Assembly (NCBI GenBank): GCA_001791995.1
Contig: MGFR01000001.1
Coordinates: forward strand, 177,148 to 241,147
DNA length: 64,000 nucleotides
DNA from: Candidatus Woesebacteria bacterium RBG_13_46_13
Lineage (GTDB): Bacteria > Patescibacteriota > Microgenomatia > UBA8517
Reading direction: 5' to 3'
The translations under genes and the position numbers were made by a program. The notes below the pieces were generated by a model, which ran no database searches, had not been told where the DNA came from, and saw nothing but the letters and a program-made list of their open reading frames with translations. Shown here one piece after another: positions 9,794-18,489 of this stretch; position 1 is the first letter of the stretch, and the number at the start of each line of letters is the position of its first letter.

Positions 9794-9859
9794 AAAGATC
9801 CACAGTTTAAAAATAAATAGCAGGAAAAAGGAACAATCCTTTTCCAATTGAATAAAAAA

Positions 9860-12079
9860 ATGAAGAAAGTTGAAAAATCCATCGAATTAGGTGGAAGAAA
9901 GTTAACACTCCAAGCAGGAGTTTTAGCAGAACAAGCCTCGGGTGCAATTTTGGCCCAATACGGTGAGACGGTTGTATTAGCAACGGTTGTCTCGGCGCCT
10001 CTTAAGGTTGATTTGGGGTATTTCCCCCTGACGGTTGAGTATCAGGAAAGGCTTTATGCCGGCGGCAGAATAAAAGGGAGCCGTTGGGTCAAACGCGAGG
10101 GACGTCCTTCCGATGAGGAAATTCTCTCCGCCAGGCTAATCGACCGTTCCATCCGACCTCTTTTCCCGGAAACCTACAAAAAAGACGTTCAGGTCATGAT
10201 CACCGTTCTTTCTGTTGATATCGAAAACGACCCGTCGGTCCTATCCGCCATTGCGACTTCGGCCGCCATTGCGATTTCCCCGATTCCCTGGAAGGGTCCA
10301 GTGGGAACTGTACGTGTCGGTAAAAAAGACGGCACTTTCTTTACCAATCCTCAGGATTCGGAAATGGCATTTTCGGATATGGATTTGGTGGTTTCTTCAA
10401 CCAAGGACGCCGTTTTGATGATTGAGGCGGGAGCCAAAGAGGTAGATGAAGAAGCGGTTTTGGGAGCAATTGAGCATGGACAAAAAGACGCAAAGAAAGT
10501 AATTGAGCTAATTGAGGATTTAGCCAAAGAGGTTAAGGTGGAAAAAGAATCTGCCGGAGAAGCCCTTTTTACGGCTGAAACAAAGACTAAAGTTAAAAAA
10601 CTCCTGGAGGGAAAGGCCGAAGATTTGATAAAGGTTATGGCCGAGCGTGAAGGCGGAGGGGAACTTGACGAGATTAAAACAGCGATTGCTCAGGAATTAA
10701 GCGAAGAATCCCCGGCGGCTGTTTCCTTAATTGTAGAAAAAATAGTTAAGGAAAAGGCCAGAGAAATAACCCTGAAGGGCAAAAGGGTTGATGGCAGAAA
10801 GGTTGACGAGATAAGAAAACTTTCAAGCCAGGTCGGAGTTCTTCCCAGGACCCACGGCAGTGCAATTTTTCAAAGAGGACAAACACAAGTCTTAACCGTT
10901 ACTACTCTTGGAGCCCCGTCTCTGGGGCAACTTCTTGAGTCTGCCGAAGGCGAGGAATCAAAAAGATATATGCACCATTACTCAATGCCTCCCTATTCGG
11001 TAGGGCAGACAGGCAGGGTAGGTTATCCGTCAAGGCGGGAGATTGGTCACGGAGCTTTGGCCGAACGGGCACTGGAGCCTGTAATCCCGGCAGAAGATGT
11101 CTTTCCTTATGCAATTAGGGTGGTATCCGAGGTCACCAGTTCAAACGGCTCAACCTCAATGGCCTCCGTCTGCGGCTCGACACTTTCCTTGATGGACTCG
11201 GGTGTTCCCATTGCCTCTCCGGTTTCGGGAATTGCCATGGGTTTAGTCATCGATACTCCGAAAAAGTATGTGGTCTTATCCGACATCATGGGACTTGAGG
11301 ATTATATGGTCGGGGATATGGATTTTAAGGTGGCGGGAACCCAAAAGGGAATAACCGCGCTGCAGCTGGATGTTAAAACCTTGGATTTAAGTCTTGAGAT
11401 TCTCGGCAAAGCCCTCTCCCAGGCCAAAGAAGGCCGCGCAAAAATTCTTAAAAGCATTCTTGAGACACTTCCGGAGCCCAGAAAAGGCGTTTCCGCTTTT
11501 GCACCCAAAATTAAAGTAGTGAAGATTTCCCCGGAAAAGATTGGGGAAGTCATCGGTCCTGGGGGAAAGATGATTCGAAAGATTATTGCCGAAACAGGAG
11601 CCCAGGTTGAAGTCGAGGACGACGGCAGCATTAATGTTTCTTCCATCACCGATGCCGCGGTTGCGGCAGCGATTGAAAGGATTGAAGGCCTGACCAAGGA
11701 AGTTGCCCCAGGCGAGATTTATGACGGGGAGGTCAAAAGAATTCAGCCTTTCGGCGCATTTGTGGAGATACTCCCGGGTAAAGACGGATTGGTTCATGTA
11801 TCCGATATGGGTGAGGGCTTTGTAAAAAATCCGGAGGATGTGGTGAAACTTGGAGATAAAATTAAAGTCCGGGTCAAAGAAATCGACAATTTGGGGAGAA
11901 TAAACCTTTCGATGAACATGGACCCATCCAAGGACAAGCCTAGAGCCGAAAGAAGAGATAGCTTTGGCCCCAGGAAATTTGAAAGAAGACCCAGTAGGGG
12001 TTTTGCAGACAAAGGTGGTTTTGGTGGACCCCATTTCCCCACGAGTAGATTTGTGGATTCCAAGAAAAAAGGCTTCTAA
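9860..12079 (+). CDS. pnp: Polyribonucleotide nucleotidyltransferase (PNPase)
   Basis: RLIDRSIRPLF, RREIGHGALAERAL, SNGSTSMASVCG and GDMDFKVAG motifs, KH and S1 domains; ATG at 9860. Confidence 0.98.
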   Translation: MKKVEKSIELGGRKLTLQAGVLAEQASGAILAQYGETVVLATVVSAPLKVDLGYFPLTVEYQERLYAGGRIKGSRWVKREGRPSDEEILSARLIDRSIRPLFPETYKKDVQVMITVLSVDIENDPSVLSAIATSAAIAISPIPWKGPVGTVRVGKKDGTFFTNPQDSEMAFSDMDLVVSSTKDAVLMIEAGAKEVDEEAVLGAIEHGQKDAKKVIELIEDLAKEVKVEKESAGEALFTAETKTKVKKLLEGKAEDLIKVMAEREGGGELDEIKTAIAQELSEESPAAVSLIVEKIVKEKAREITLKGKRVDGRKVDEIRKLSSQVGVLPRTHGSAIFQRGQTQVLTVTTLGAPSLGQLLESAEGEESKRYMHHYSMPPYSVGQTGRVGYPSRREIGHGALAERALEPVIPAEDVFPYAIRVVSEVTSSNGSTSMASVCGSTLSLMDSGVPIASPVSGIAMGLVIDTPKKYVVLSDIMGLEDYMVGDMDFKVAGTQKGITALQLDVKTLDLSLEILGKALSQAKEGRAKILKSILETLPEPRKGVSAFAPKIKVVKISPEKIGEVIGPGGKMIRKIIAETGAQVEVEDDGSINVSSITDAAVAAAIERIEGLTKEVAPGEIYDGEVKRIQPFGAFVEILPGKDGLVHVSDMGEGFVKNPEDVVKLGDKIKVRVKEIDNLGRINLSMNMDPSKDKPRAERRDSFGPRKFERRPSRGFADKGGFGGPHFPTSRFVDSKKKGF

Positions 12080-12139
12080 GAAGCTACCCGAAACCTAAAT
12101 GACTTCTTCAAATCTGTTTGGTGATATAGAATAAAAGAT

Positions 12140-13186
12140 ATGGATACTGCTGCCCAGGAAATTAGTTTACTGGAAGAAAAAATCAAGAAAGCTTCTTTGC
12201 CCGAAAAGCTGACCGAGGTTGTTTTGGTTAGGCTTAATCAGCTGACCAAGCTGACCAACTCCCCGACCTTCTTACCGGAATTTGACCGAATTGGCCGTTA
12301 TATAGACTGGATTACCAAGATTCCTTGGGGTCAAAAGACCCAGGACAGCTTGGATTTGGTAAATGCCAAGAAAATTCTCGACAAGAACCATTTCGGCCTC
12401 GGTGAGATCAAAGACAGAATTTTGGAATATATTTCCGTGATGAAACTCAAACAGGAAAAGGGCGAAGGCATCGAGATAACCCGCGCACCCATTCTTTGTT
12501 TTGTAGGCCTGGTCGGAACTGGCAAAACTACCATTGCCTTTTCGATTGCGGAGGCCCTCGGCAGAAAGTTTGCCAGAATTCCGTTTGGAGGAATGGGCGA
12601 CCCCCTGGATTTAAGAGGACAGTCGAGGATGTACGCCGAGGCCGAGCCCGGCAAGATTGTTAAATCCTTGGTGGTCAGCCAAAGCCGCAACCCGGTAATA
12701 CTGCTTGACGAGATAGACAGGGTAACCGATGCCGGCAGGGCCTCGATTATGGGAGTTTTGGTGGAACTTTTGGATCCCGAACAGAATCATGAATTTATCG
12801 ACCACTACATCGATTATCCGGTGGATTTATCGGAAGTCTTATTTATCGCAACAGCGAATAACACAACCAATATTTCAACTGCGGTTTTGGACAGAATTGA
12901 ACCCATCGCCATGCCGTCCTATTCGGACAACGAGAAAATTACCATCGGAATTTCGTATATCCTGCCCAAGGCAATGAAGGCCGCGGGAATTCCCGACGGG
13001 GCCCTGGTTATCGACCAAGACGTTTGGTCTAGCATCGTCAGGCCCTTGGGTTATGATGCTGGAATCAGAACGCTGGAAAGAACTATTGAAGGGCTGGTCA
13101 GGAAAGTCGCCCGAAGCATCGTTGAGGGAAAATCGACAGGTTTTCATATCAACGCCCAAAACGTCAGAGAATTTTTACCACAATAA
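12140..13186 (+). CDS. Lon-family AAA+ ATPase module without N-terminal or protease domains
   Basis: YIDWITKIPW, LDKNHFGLGEIKDRILEY, Walker A GLVGTGKTT, NPVILLDEID, LLDPEQN and DLSEVLFIATAN are LonA AAA signatures; ends before the protease domain. Confidence 0.88.
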   Translation: MDTAAQEISLLEEKIKKASLPEKLTEVVLVRLNQLTKLTNSPTFLPEFDRIGRYIDWITKIPWGQKTQDSLDLVNAKKILDKNHFGLGEIKDRILEYISVMKLKQEKGEGIEITRAPILCFVGLVGTGKTTIAFSIAEALGRKFARIPFGGMGDPLDLRGQSRMYAEAEPGKIVKSLVVSQSRNPVILLDEIDRVTDAGRASIMGVLVELLDPEQNHEFIDHYIDYPVDLSEVLFIATANNTTNISTAVLDRIEPIAMPSYSDNEKITIGISYILPKAMKAAGIPDGALVIDQDVWSSIVRPLGYDAGIRTLERTIEGLVRKVARSIVEGKSTGFHINAQNVREFLPQ

Positions 13187-13187
13187 G

Positions 13188-13802
13188 ATGGAAGAGAAGG
13201 AAAAATCAGCAAGACTCCAGGATTTAAAAAAGAGAATGCAAAACGACACGGCTCTGCCTTTGAGAAATTCAGCCACCCAATTGGTTTTTGGTGAAGGCAG
13301 CCCTGATACTAAAATATTCTTTTTGGGAGAAGGCCCTGGTTATTGGGAAGACCAGAAAGGCAGACCTTTCGTGGGAAATGCGGGCGCTCTACTCAACCAG
13401 CTGCTTTATTCTATTAAACTACCCAGGCAAGACGTATTTATCACCAACGTGATCTGTTTTAGGCCACCGGAGAACAGAGATCCTTTACCCGAGGAGATTG
13501 AAGCTTTTAGGCCCTATATCGACGAAATGATTGATATCATGAAGCCTAAGCTGATTGTTACTCTGGGGCGCTTTTCTATGGCCAAATTTGTTCCCGGAGC
13601 CAAGATAACCGCTGTTCACGGAAAATCTTTCGTTGTAGACTGGAAGGGAAGAAAAATTACCGTTGTTCCGATGTTTCATCCTGCAGCGGCCTTAAGAAGC
13701 GGGGAAGTATTGCGAATGATTAAAGAAGACTTTATGCTTCTTCCTGATATCCTTAAGAAGGAAAACCAGGTACAGGCCGAACAGATGAATTTAAGCATAT
13801 GA
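13188..13802 (+). CDS. Uracil-DNA glycosylase, family 4-like
   Basis: VFGEG, GEGPG...EDQKGRPFVG, FRPPENRDP and FHPAAALR motifs; ATG at 13188 directly after the upstream stop. Confidence 0.92.
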   Translation: MEEKEKSARLQDLKKRMQNDTALPLRNSATQLVFGEGSPDTKIFFLGEGPGYWEDQKGRPFVGNAGALLNQLLYSIKLPRQDVFITNVICFRPPENRDPLPEEIEAFRPYIDEMIDIMKPKLIVTLGRFSMAKFVPGAKITAVHGKSFVVDWKGRKITVVPMFHPAAALRSGEVLRMIKEDFMLLPDILKKENQVQAEQMNLSI

Positions 13803-15454
13803 AAAATAGCCTCAAATTTATAGCACTCTCCGGTACGACCGGAGTAACCGAAAATTTCTATATTTATGAATACGGAAACGATATGATCATCGTCGACTGT
13901 GGCGTGGGATTTCCCGAGCATGACATGCTCGGGGTGGATTTGGTCATCCCGGATTTTTCCTATGTCAAGAAAAATATCTCCAAACTGCGCGGAGTACTTA
14001 TTTCTCACGGACACGAAGACCATCTCGGAGCTTTACCCTTCCTCTTAAAAGAGATAAAAACTCCCATCTATTCGACGAAGCTGGTTGCGGGTTTTATTGA
14101 GGATAAATTTGAAGACTATGGATTACCGAGCCCGAGGGTTGTGGTTTTTGATCCGGAAAGGGACGTTATCTCTCTGGGAGTTTTCAAAGTAGCACCCTTT
14201 AGGGTCTCACACTCCGTTCCCGACGGTGTCGGCTTTGCAATCGATACCCCCGAAGGAAAAATTTTCCACGTCCCCGACTATAAGTTTGACTGGACCCCGG
14301 TCGACGGGAAGCCCTTTGATGTGACCAGAATGGTGTCTTTGGCGACAGGGGGCGTATTGGGTGTGGCATCGGATTCCTTAGGCTCCACAACTCCTGGCTA
14401 TACCGAAAGCGAGAGGGAAATAGAAGGCAAACTGGAAGAGATTATCAGGAAGGGCAAACGACGTGTTTATTTCACCACGATTTCTTCGAATATTTCCAGA
14501 GTTCAGCAGGCACTACAGGTAGCTGCCCGTTTGGGCCGCAAGGTGAGTTTTGTCGGAAAATCAATTGACCGAAAAGCCGAAATTGCCAGGAACTTGGGGT
14601 ACCTGCATTATTCAAAAGATCTGGTTATCCCGGCAAAGCAGGCCGCCAAACTGCCGATCGAGAGAGTGATGTATATCATTTCCGGCAGTTACGGTCAGCC
14701 CGGAAGCGCACTCTATAGAGTGGCATTGGGGGATCACGATTTCTTAAAAATAGAGGCTAACGACTTGGTTGTTTTTTCTTCGGATCCGGCCCCGCCCGGC
14801 TCCAAGACAAACGTGGACTTTGTGGTGGATAAACTGATCGAGCTTAATGCCGATGTGCACTATTACGATGTTCAGGAGGATTTGCACGTCTCCGGGCACG
14901 GTAGCCAGAAGGATATCCTGATGCTTTTTGGACTTTTAAAGCCCAAATATTTTATGCCCATAGGTGGGACGGTTAGGCACATGAGGTCTTATAGCCTCTT
15001 GGCCCAAAGCATCGGGGCGGATGGCAGAAACGTCTTTGAGCTAACCCCGGGTGAAATCGTCGAGTTTAAATCCGGCCTGGCCAGGCTTTCCGGAAAGGTC
15101 CCTACCAGAAATATTTTGGTTGATGGCTTAGGAGTTGGAGATGTGGGCAACGTTGTCTTAAGAGACAGGCAGGTTCTTGCCCGGGACGGTGTAGCCATAG
15201 TTCTTTTGATGTTTGACGGGGCCAATAGAGTCTTGGTTGCAGACCCAGAGATAATCAGCCGAGGCTTTGTTTACGAGAACAAAGAGAAAGAGTTTCTACT
15301 TAGAGCCGGTAAAGATTTAAGGCGCCTTATTGAATCCAAAAAAAGAATAGACGGGAAACTTCTAAAAGACGAATCTCAAGACTTCCTTGAGAAGTATTTC
15401 TATGCAAAGACGGGCAGGCGCCCGATGGTTCTTCCCCTGATTGTGGAAGTATAA
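13799..15454 (+). CDS. rnj: Ribonuclease J
   Basis: GVDLVIPDFSY, HGHEDHLG, HSVPD and LHVSGHG metallo-beta-lactamase/beta-CASP motifs. Confidence 0.96.
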   Translation: MKNSLKFIALSGTTGVTENFYIYEYGNDMIIVDCGVGFPEHDMLGVDLVIPDFSYVKKNISKLRGVLISHGHEDHLGALPFLLKEIKTPIYSTKLVAGFIEDKFEDYGLPSPRVVVFDPERDVISLGVFKVAPFRVSHSVPDGVGFAIDTPEGKIFHVPDYKFDWTPVDGKPFDVTRMVSLATGGVLGVASDSLGSTTPGYTESEREIEGKLEEIIRKGKRRVYFTTISSNISRVQQALQVAARLGRKVSFVGKSIDRKAEIARNLGYLHYSKDLVIPAKQAAKLPIERVMYIISGSYGQPGSALYRVALGDHDFLKIEANDLVVFSSDPAPPGSKTNVDFVVDKLIELNADVHYYDVQEDLHVSGHGSQKDILMLFGLLKPKYFMPIGGTVRHMRSYSLLAQSIGADGRNVFELTPGEIVEFKSGLARLSGKVPTRNILVDGLGVGDVGNVVLRDRQVLARDGVAIVLLMFDGANRVLVADPEIISRGFVYENKEKEFLLRAGKDLRRLIESKKRIDGKLLKDESQDFLEKYFYAKTGRRPMVLPLIVEV

Positions 15455-15465
15455 TGTAGATTGCG

Positions 15466-17547
15466 ATGAGCAAGAGGCACAGACGTTCAACCAAAAGAGC
15501 TTTTAATCTCAGGCTGAAAAAAGGCACGGTCTATTCCATTGTCCAGGTCTTTTTCTTTGCCTTGGCAGGACTTATATTGGTGTCTTTTTCCAGGCAGGGG
15601 CTGGTTTTGGTGAGGCTTAATGATTTGCTCATCAGCGCTTTTTCCTGGACGACTTTTATTCTGCCCTTCCTTTTTCTTTCCTTTGCTTTGCTTGTTTCCA
15701 AAATCAAAAACCCGTTGGGGCAACCGAATGTGGTTATCGGCGGACTGCTTTTTTTTGTTTCGATCCTGACCCTAGGTAGGGCAGGAGCAATCGGCAGGAT
15801 GGCCTGGGGGGGAGCCTCTTCGTTGGTTACCTCCATCGGGGCCTTTATAGTACTTTTAGGTACCACACTGGTGGGGCTGATCATTCTTTTCAATACTTCT
15901 TTCGAACAGGTAATAGAATTGGCCTCGGGTATTATTGCCCAGGCCAAGAAATATATCCTTGGCGAAAAAGGATTTTCCAGGCAAACCTCCCGTGGGCCAA
16001 TGAAAGTCTCGGGTGGAGCTCTGCCCCAGGCTGGGGCAAGACCGCCGCAGGAAGTACCAGGACAACTCGAACAAAAATTGGTAAGTAATGTCCCCGGAGA
16101 AGAAAAGGTTTGGAAATATCCCTCCATCGAACTCTTAAGCGATGTCGAAAGCGGCAAGGCCAATCGCGGAGACATTAAAGGCAACGCCGCCACGATTGAA
16201 AAAACTCTTGAATCGTTTGGTATAACCGCACGGGTGGTTGAGGTTAACTTGGGCCCCGCGGTTACCCAATATGCACTTGAGGTGGCCCTGGGGACAAAGC
16301 TTTCGAAGATTACTTCCCTGGAGCGGGATTTAGCTCTGGCCCTTTCCGCCCCGACGGGAACAATCAGGATTGAGGCGCCGATTCCGGGAAGGAATCTGGT
16401 GGGCATAGAGCTGCCCAACATCAGCCCGGAGTTTGTTCCATTAAGAAGAATGATGGAATCCGATGTGATTAGGGATAATCATTCGAAGCTAGCCGTGGCC
16501 CTGGGATTGGATGTTTCGGGTAAGCCCATCGTCACCGAGATCGGCAGAATGCCCCACGTTCTGATTGCGGGCCAGACCGGCTCCGGAAAGTCGGTTTGTA
16601 TCAACGCTTTCTTGGCAACGATTCTTTTTAGGGCGGCCCCATCCGAGGTTAAGCTGATTATGGTTGACCCTAAGAGAGTAGAGCTGACCCATTACAACGG
16701 TATCCCGCACCTTCTCTCTCCGGTAATCGTCGAACCTGAAAAAGTGATATCTGCCCTGAAGTGGATTCTGGCGGAAATGGACAGGCGTTACAAGCTTTTT
16801 GCCCAAGCTGGAGCCAGAAATATCGATGGCTATAACGAAATGTCGGGTTTCCAGGCTCTTCCTTATATAGTGCTTTTCATCGACGAACTTGCGGATATCA
16901 TGCTTTTCTCACCGGTGGAGGTAGAAGATGCGATTACCAGAATTGCCCAGATGAGCCGGGCCACAGGTATACATATGGTTCTGGCGACCCAAAGACCTTC
17001 GGTGGATGTTATTACGGGTCTTATCAAGGCCAACATTCCCTGCAGGATAGCTTTTGCGGTTGCCTCCCAGGTAGATTCCCGGGTAATACTGGATACCCAG
17101 GGAGCGGAAAAACTCTTGGGGCGGGGAGATATGCTTTACCTGCCTCCCGAACAGGCCAAACCGATCAGAATTCAGGGAGCCTTCGTTTCGGATAAGGAGA
17201 CCAACGCACTGGTTGCCTTCCTTAAAAACCAGGGAGTTACCCCCCAATATACCGAGGAGGTAACCTCAATGCCTAAAGGTGGGGGGGCAACAGTTCCGGG
17301 TCTTACAGGTGAGGCAGACGATTTGTTTGCGGAAGCGGTGAGGGTAGTTTGCCAATACGAGAGAGCCTCGGCCTCCCTTTTGCAAAGACGGCTTTCAATC
17401 GGCTATGCCCGAGCAGCCCGAATTATCGACCAACTGGAAGCTGCCGGCGTCGTCAGCCAGGCTGAGGGATCCAAAGCCAGGGATGTTCTGGTCCAAAACG
17501 CCGAAGAATTTCTAGCTTCTGCCTCACAAGGTAGTGAGCCCCAATGA
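15466..17547 (+). CDS. ftsK: DNA translocase FtsK/SpoIIIE
   Basis: N-terminal TMs, PHVLIAGQTGSGKS, DELAD, LATQRPSVDVITG, gamma domain SLLQRRLSIGYARAARIID. Confidence 0.97.
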   Translation: MSKRHRRSTKRAFNLRLKKGTVYSIVQVFFFALAGLILVSFSRQGLVLVRLNDLLISAFSWTTFILPFLFLSFALLVSKIKNPLGQPNVVIGGLLFFVSILTLGRAGAIGRMAWGGASSLVTSIGAFIVLLGTTLVGLIILFNTSFEQVIELASGIIAQAKKYILGEKGFSRQTSRGPMKVSGGALPQAGARPPQEVPGQLEQKLVSNVPGEEKVWKYPSIELLSDVESGKANRGDIKGNAATIEKTLESFGITARVVEVNLGPAVTQYALEVALGTKLSKITSLERDLALALSAPTGTIRIEAPIPGRNLVGIELPNISPEFVPLRRMMESDVIRDNHSKLAVALGLDVSGKPIVTEIGRMPHVLIAGQTGSGKSVCINAFLATILFRAAPSEVKLIMVDPKRVELTHYNGIPHLLSPVIVEPEKVISALKWILAEMDRRYKLFAQAGARNIDGYNEMSGFQALPYIVLFIDELADIMLFSPVEVEDAITRIAQMSRATGIHMVLATQRPSVDVITGLIKANIPCRIAFAVASQVDSRVILDTQGAEKLLGRGDMLYLPPEQAKPIRIQGAFVSDKETNALVAFLKNQGVTPQYTEEVTSMPKGGGATVPGLTGEADDLFAEAVRVVCQYERASASLLQRRLSIGYARAARIIDQLEAAGVVSQAEGSKARDVLVQNAEEFLASASQGSEPQ

Positions 17548-18170
17548 AAACCATAGGCAGTTTTATTAAAGATGCCCGTGCCAAAAAGAGATATTCTTTG
17601 GCCAAACTAGAAGAAGCTACCAAGATCAAAAAGGATTTTATTGAGGCAATAGAGAAAGAGGATTGGAAGACCCTCCCCGATTATTCTGTTGTTGTGGGTT
17701 TTGTAAAGAATATCGCAGCGTATCTGCAGGCCGGCGAAAGGCAGGCAATAGCGCTTCTAAGAAGGGACTATCCTCCGCAAAAGTTATCCATAAATCCCAA
17801 ACCCGATGTTTCCAGGCAGTTTGTTTGGAGCCCAAAACTGACATTTTTTGTCGGCGTGGGAGCAGTGATTGCCATAATTGTCGGATATCTTATCTTCCAA
17901 TATGTCAGATTTATCAATCCTCCGCATCTTGAGGTTTTCGAGCCCAAAGAAGGACAGGTAGTTAATACGGCTGCAATCAGAGTCTCAGGAAAAACCGACG
18001 GCGACGCGGTAATTAAAGCCAATAATCAACCGATATTGGTATCCGACGACGGAAAATTTAGTGCAGACATTGAGATTTTCGCCGGAACTGGTGAAATCGT
18101 GGTCAAGGCCGTTTCCCGCTCTGGAAAAGAAACTACTGTAAAGCGTATGATAAAACCGGAGTTGAAATAA
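17544..18170 (+). CDS. RodZ-like HTH-TM protein with C-terminal beta-rich domain
   Basis: HTH (LEEATKIKKDFIEAIE...GFVKNIAAYL), one TM, beta-rich C-terminus; follows ftsK. Confidence 0.75.
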   Translation: MKTIGSFIKDARAKKRYSLAKLEEATKIKKDFIEAIEKEDWKTLPDYSVVVGFVKNIAAYLQAGERQAIALLRRDYPPQKLSINPKPDVSRQFVWSPKLTFFVGVGAVIAIIVGYLIFQYVRFINPPHLEVFEPKEGQVVNTAAIRVSGKTDGDAVIKANNQPILVSDDGKFSADIEIFAGTGEIVVKAVSRSGKETTVKRMIKPELK

Positions 18171-18171
18171 T

Positions 18172-18420
18172 ATGGACGGGGTACAAACATTATTGGCGGT
18201 TGTTGTGGTTTCTTTGACCGCCCTGTTGGTAATTGTCGGAATTCAAGTTCTTTTGATTATTGTCGATTTAAGGAAAGCAATAAAAAGACTCAATAGTATT
18301 CTGGAGGATGCCATCTTGGGTGGTGGGCTAATCAGGCCGGAAAAGCTTACTGGAGTAATCGAGATTATCAAGAGAAACAAGAGATTGGAAACTCTTGGAG
18401 CGGATTCCTCGGAGAAATAG
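18172..18420 (+). CDS. Small single-TM hypothetical protein
   Basis: Hydrophobic N-terminal helix then amphipathic helix; tightly packed in the operon. Confidence 0.75.
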   Translation: MDGVQTLLAVVVVSLTALLVIVGIQVLLIIVDLRKAIKRLNSILEDAILGGGLIRPEKLTGVIEIIKRNKRLETLGADSSEK

Positions 18421-18489
18421 ACAGTCTTTATATCAGCCTCCTTTGTCTATATAATCTAGCCAGAAGCAAAGCTTTTTAAGTCGGCTATT

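Noticed and set aside
9822-9846. Hairpin GGAAAAAGGA/TCCTTTTCC between rpsO and pnp
   Set aside because: Plausibly an ordinary terminator or processing stem; too little evidence for a specific call
13053-13187. Possible frameshift fusion of the Lon ATPase with the downstream ORF
   Set aside because: The downstream frame encodes a UDG, not a Lon protease domain, and has its own ATG at 13188; no slippery site evident
18421-18489. T-box riboswitch upstream of alaS
   Set aside because: The region is only 69 nt and has no T-box consensus; just a -10 element and a small hairpin
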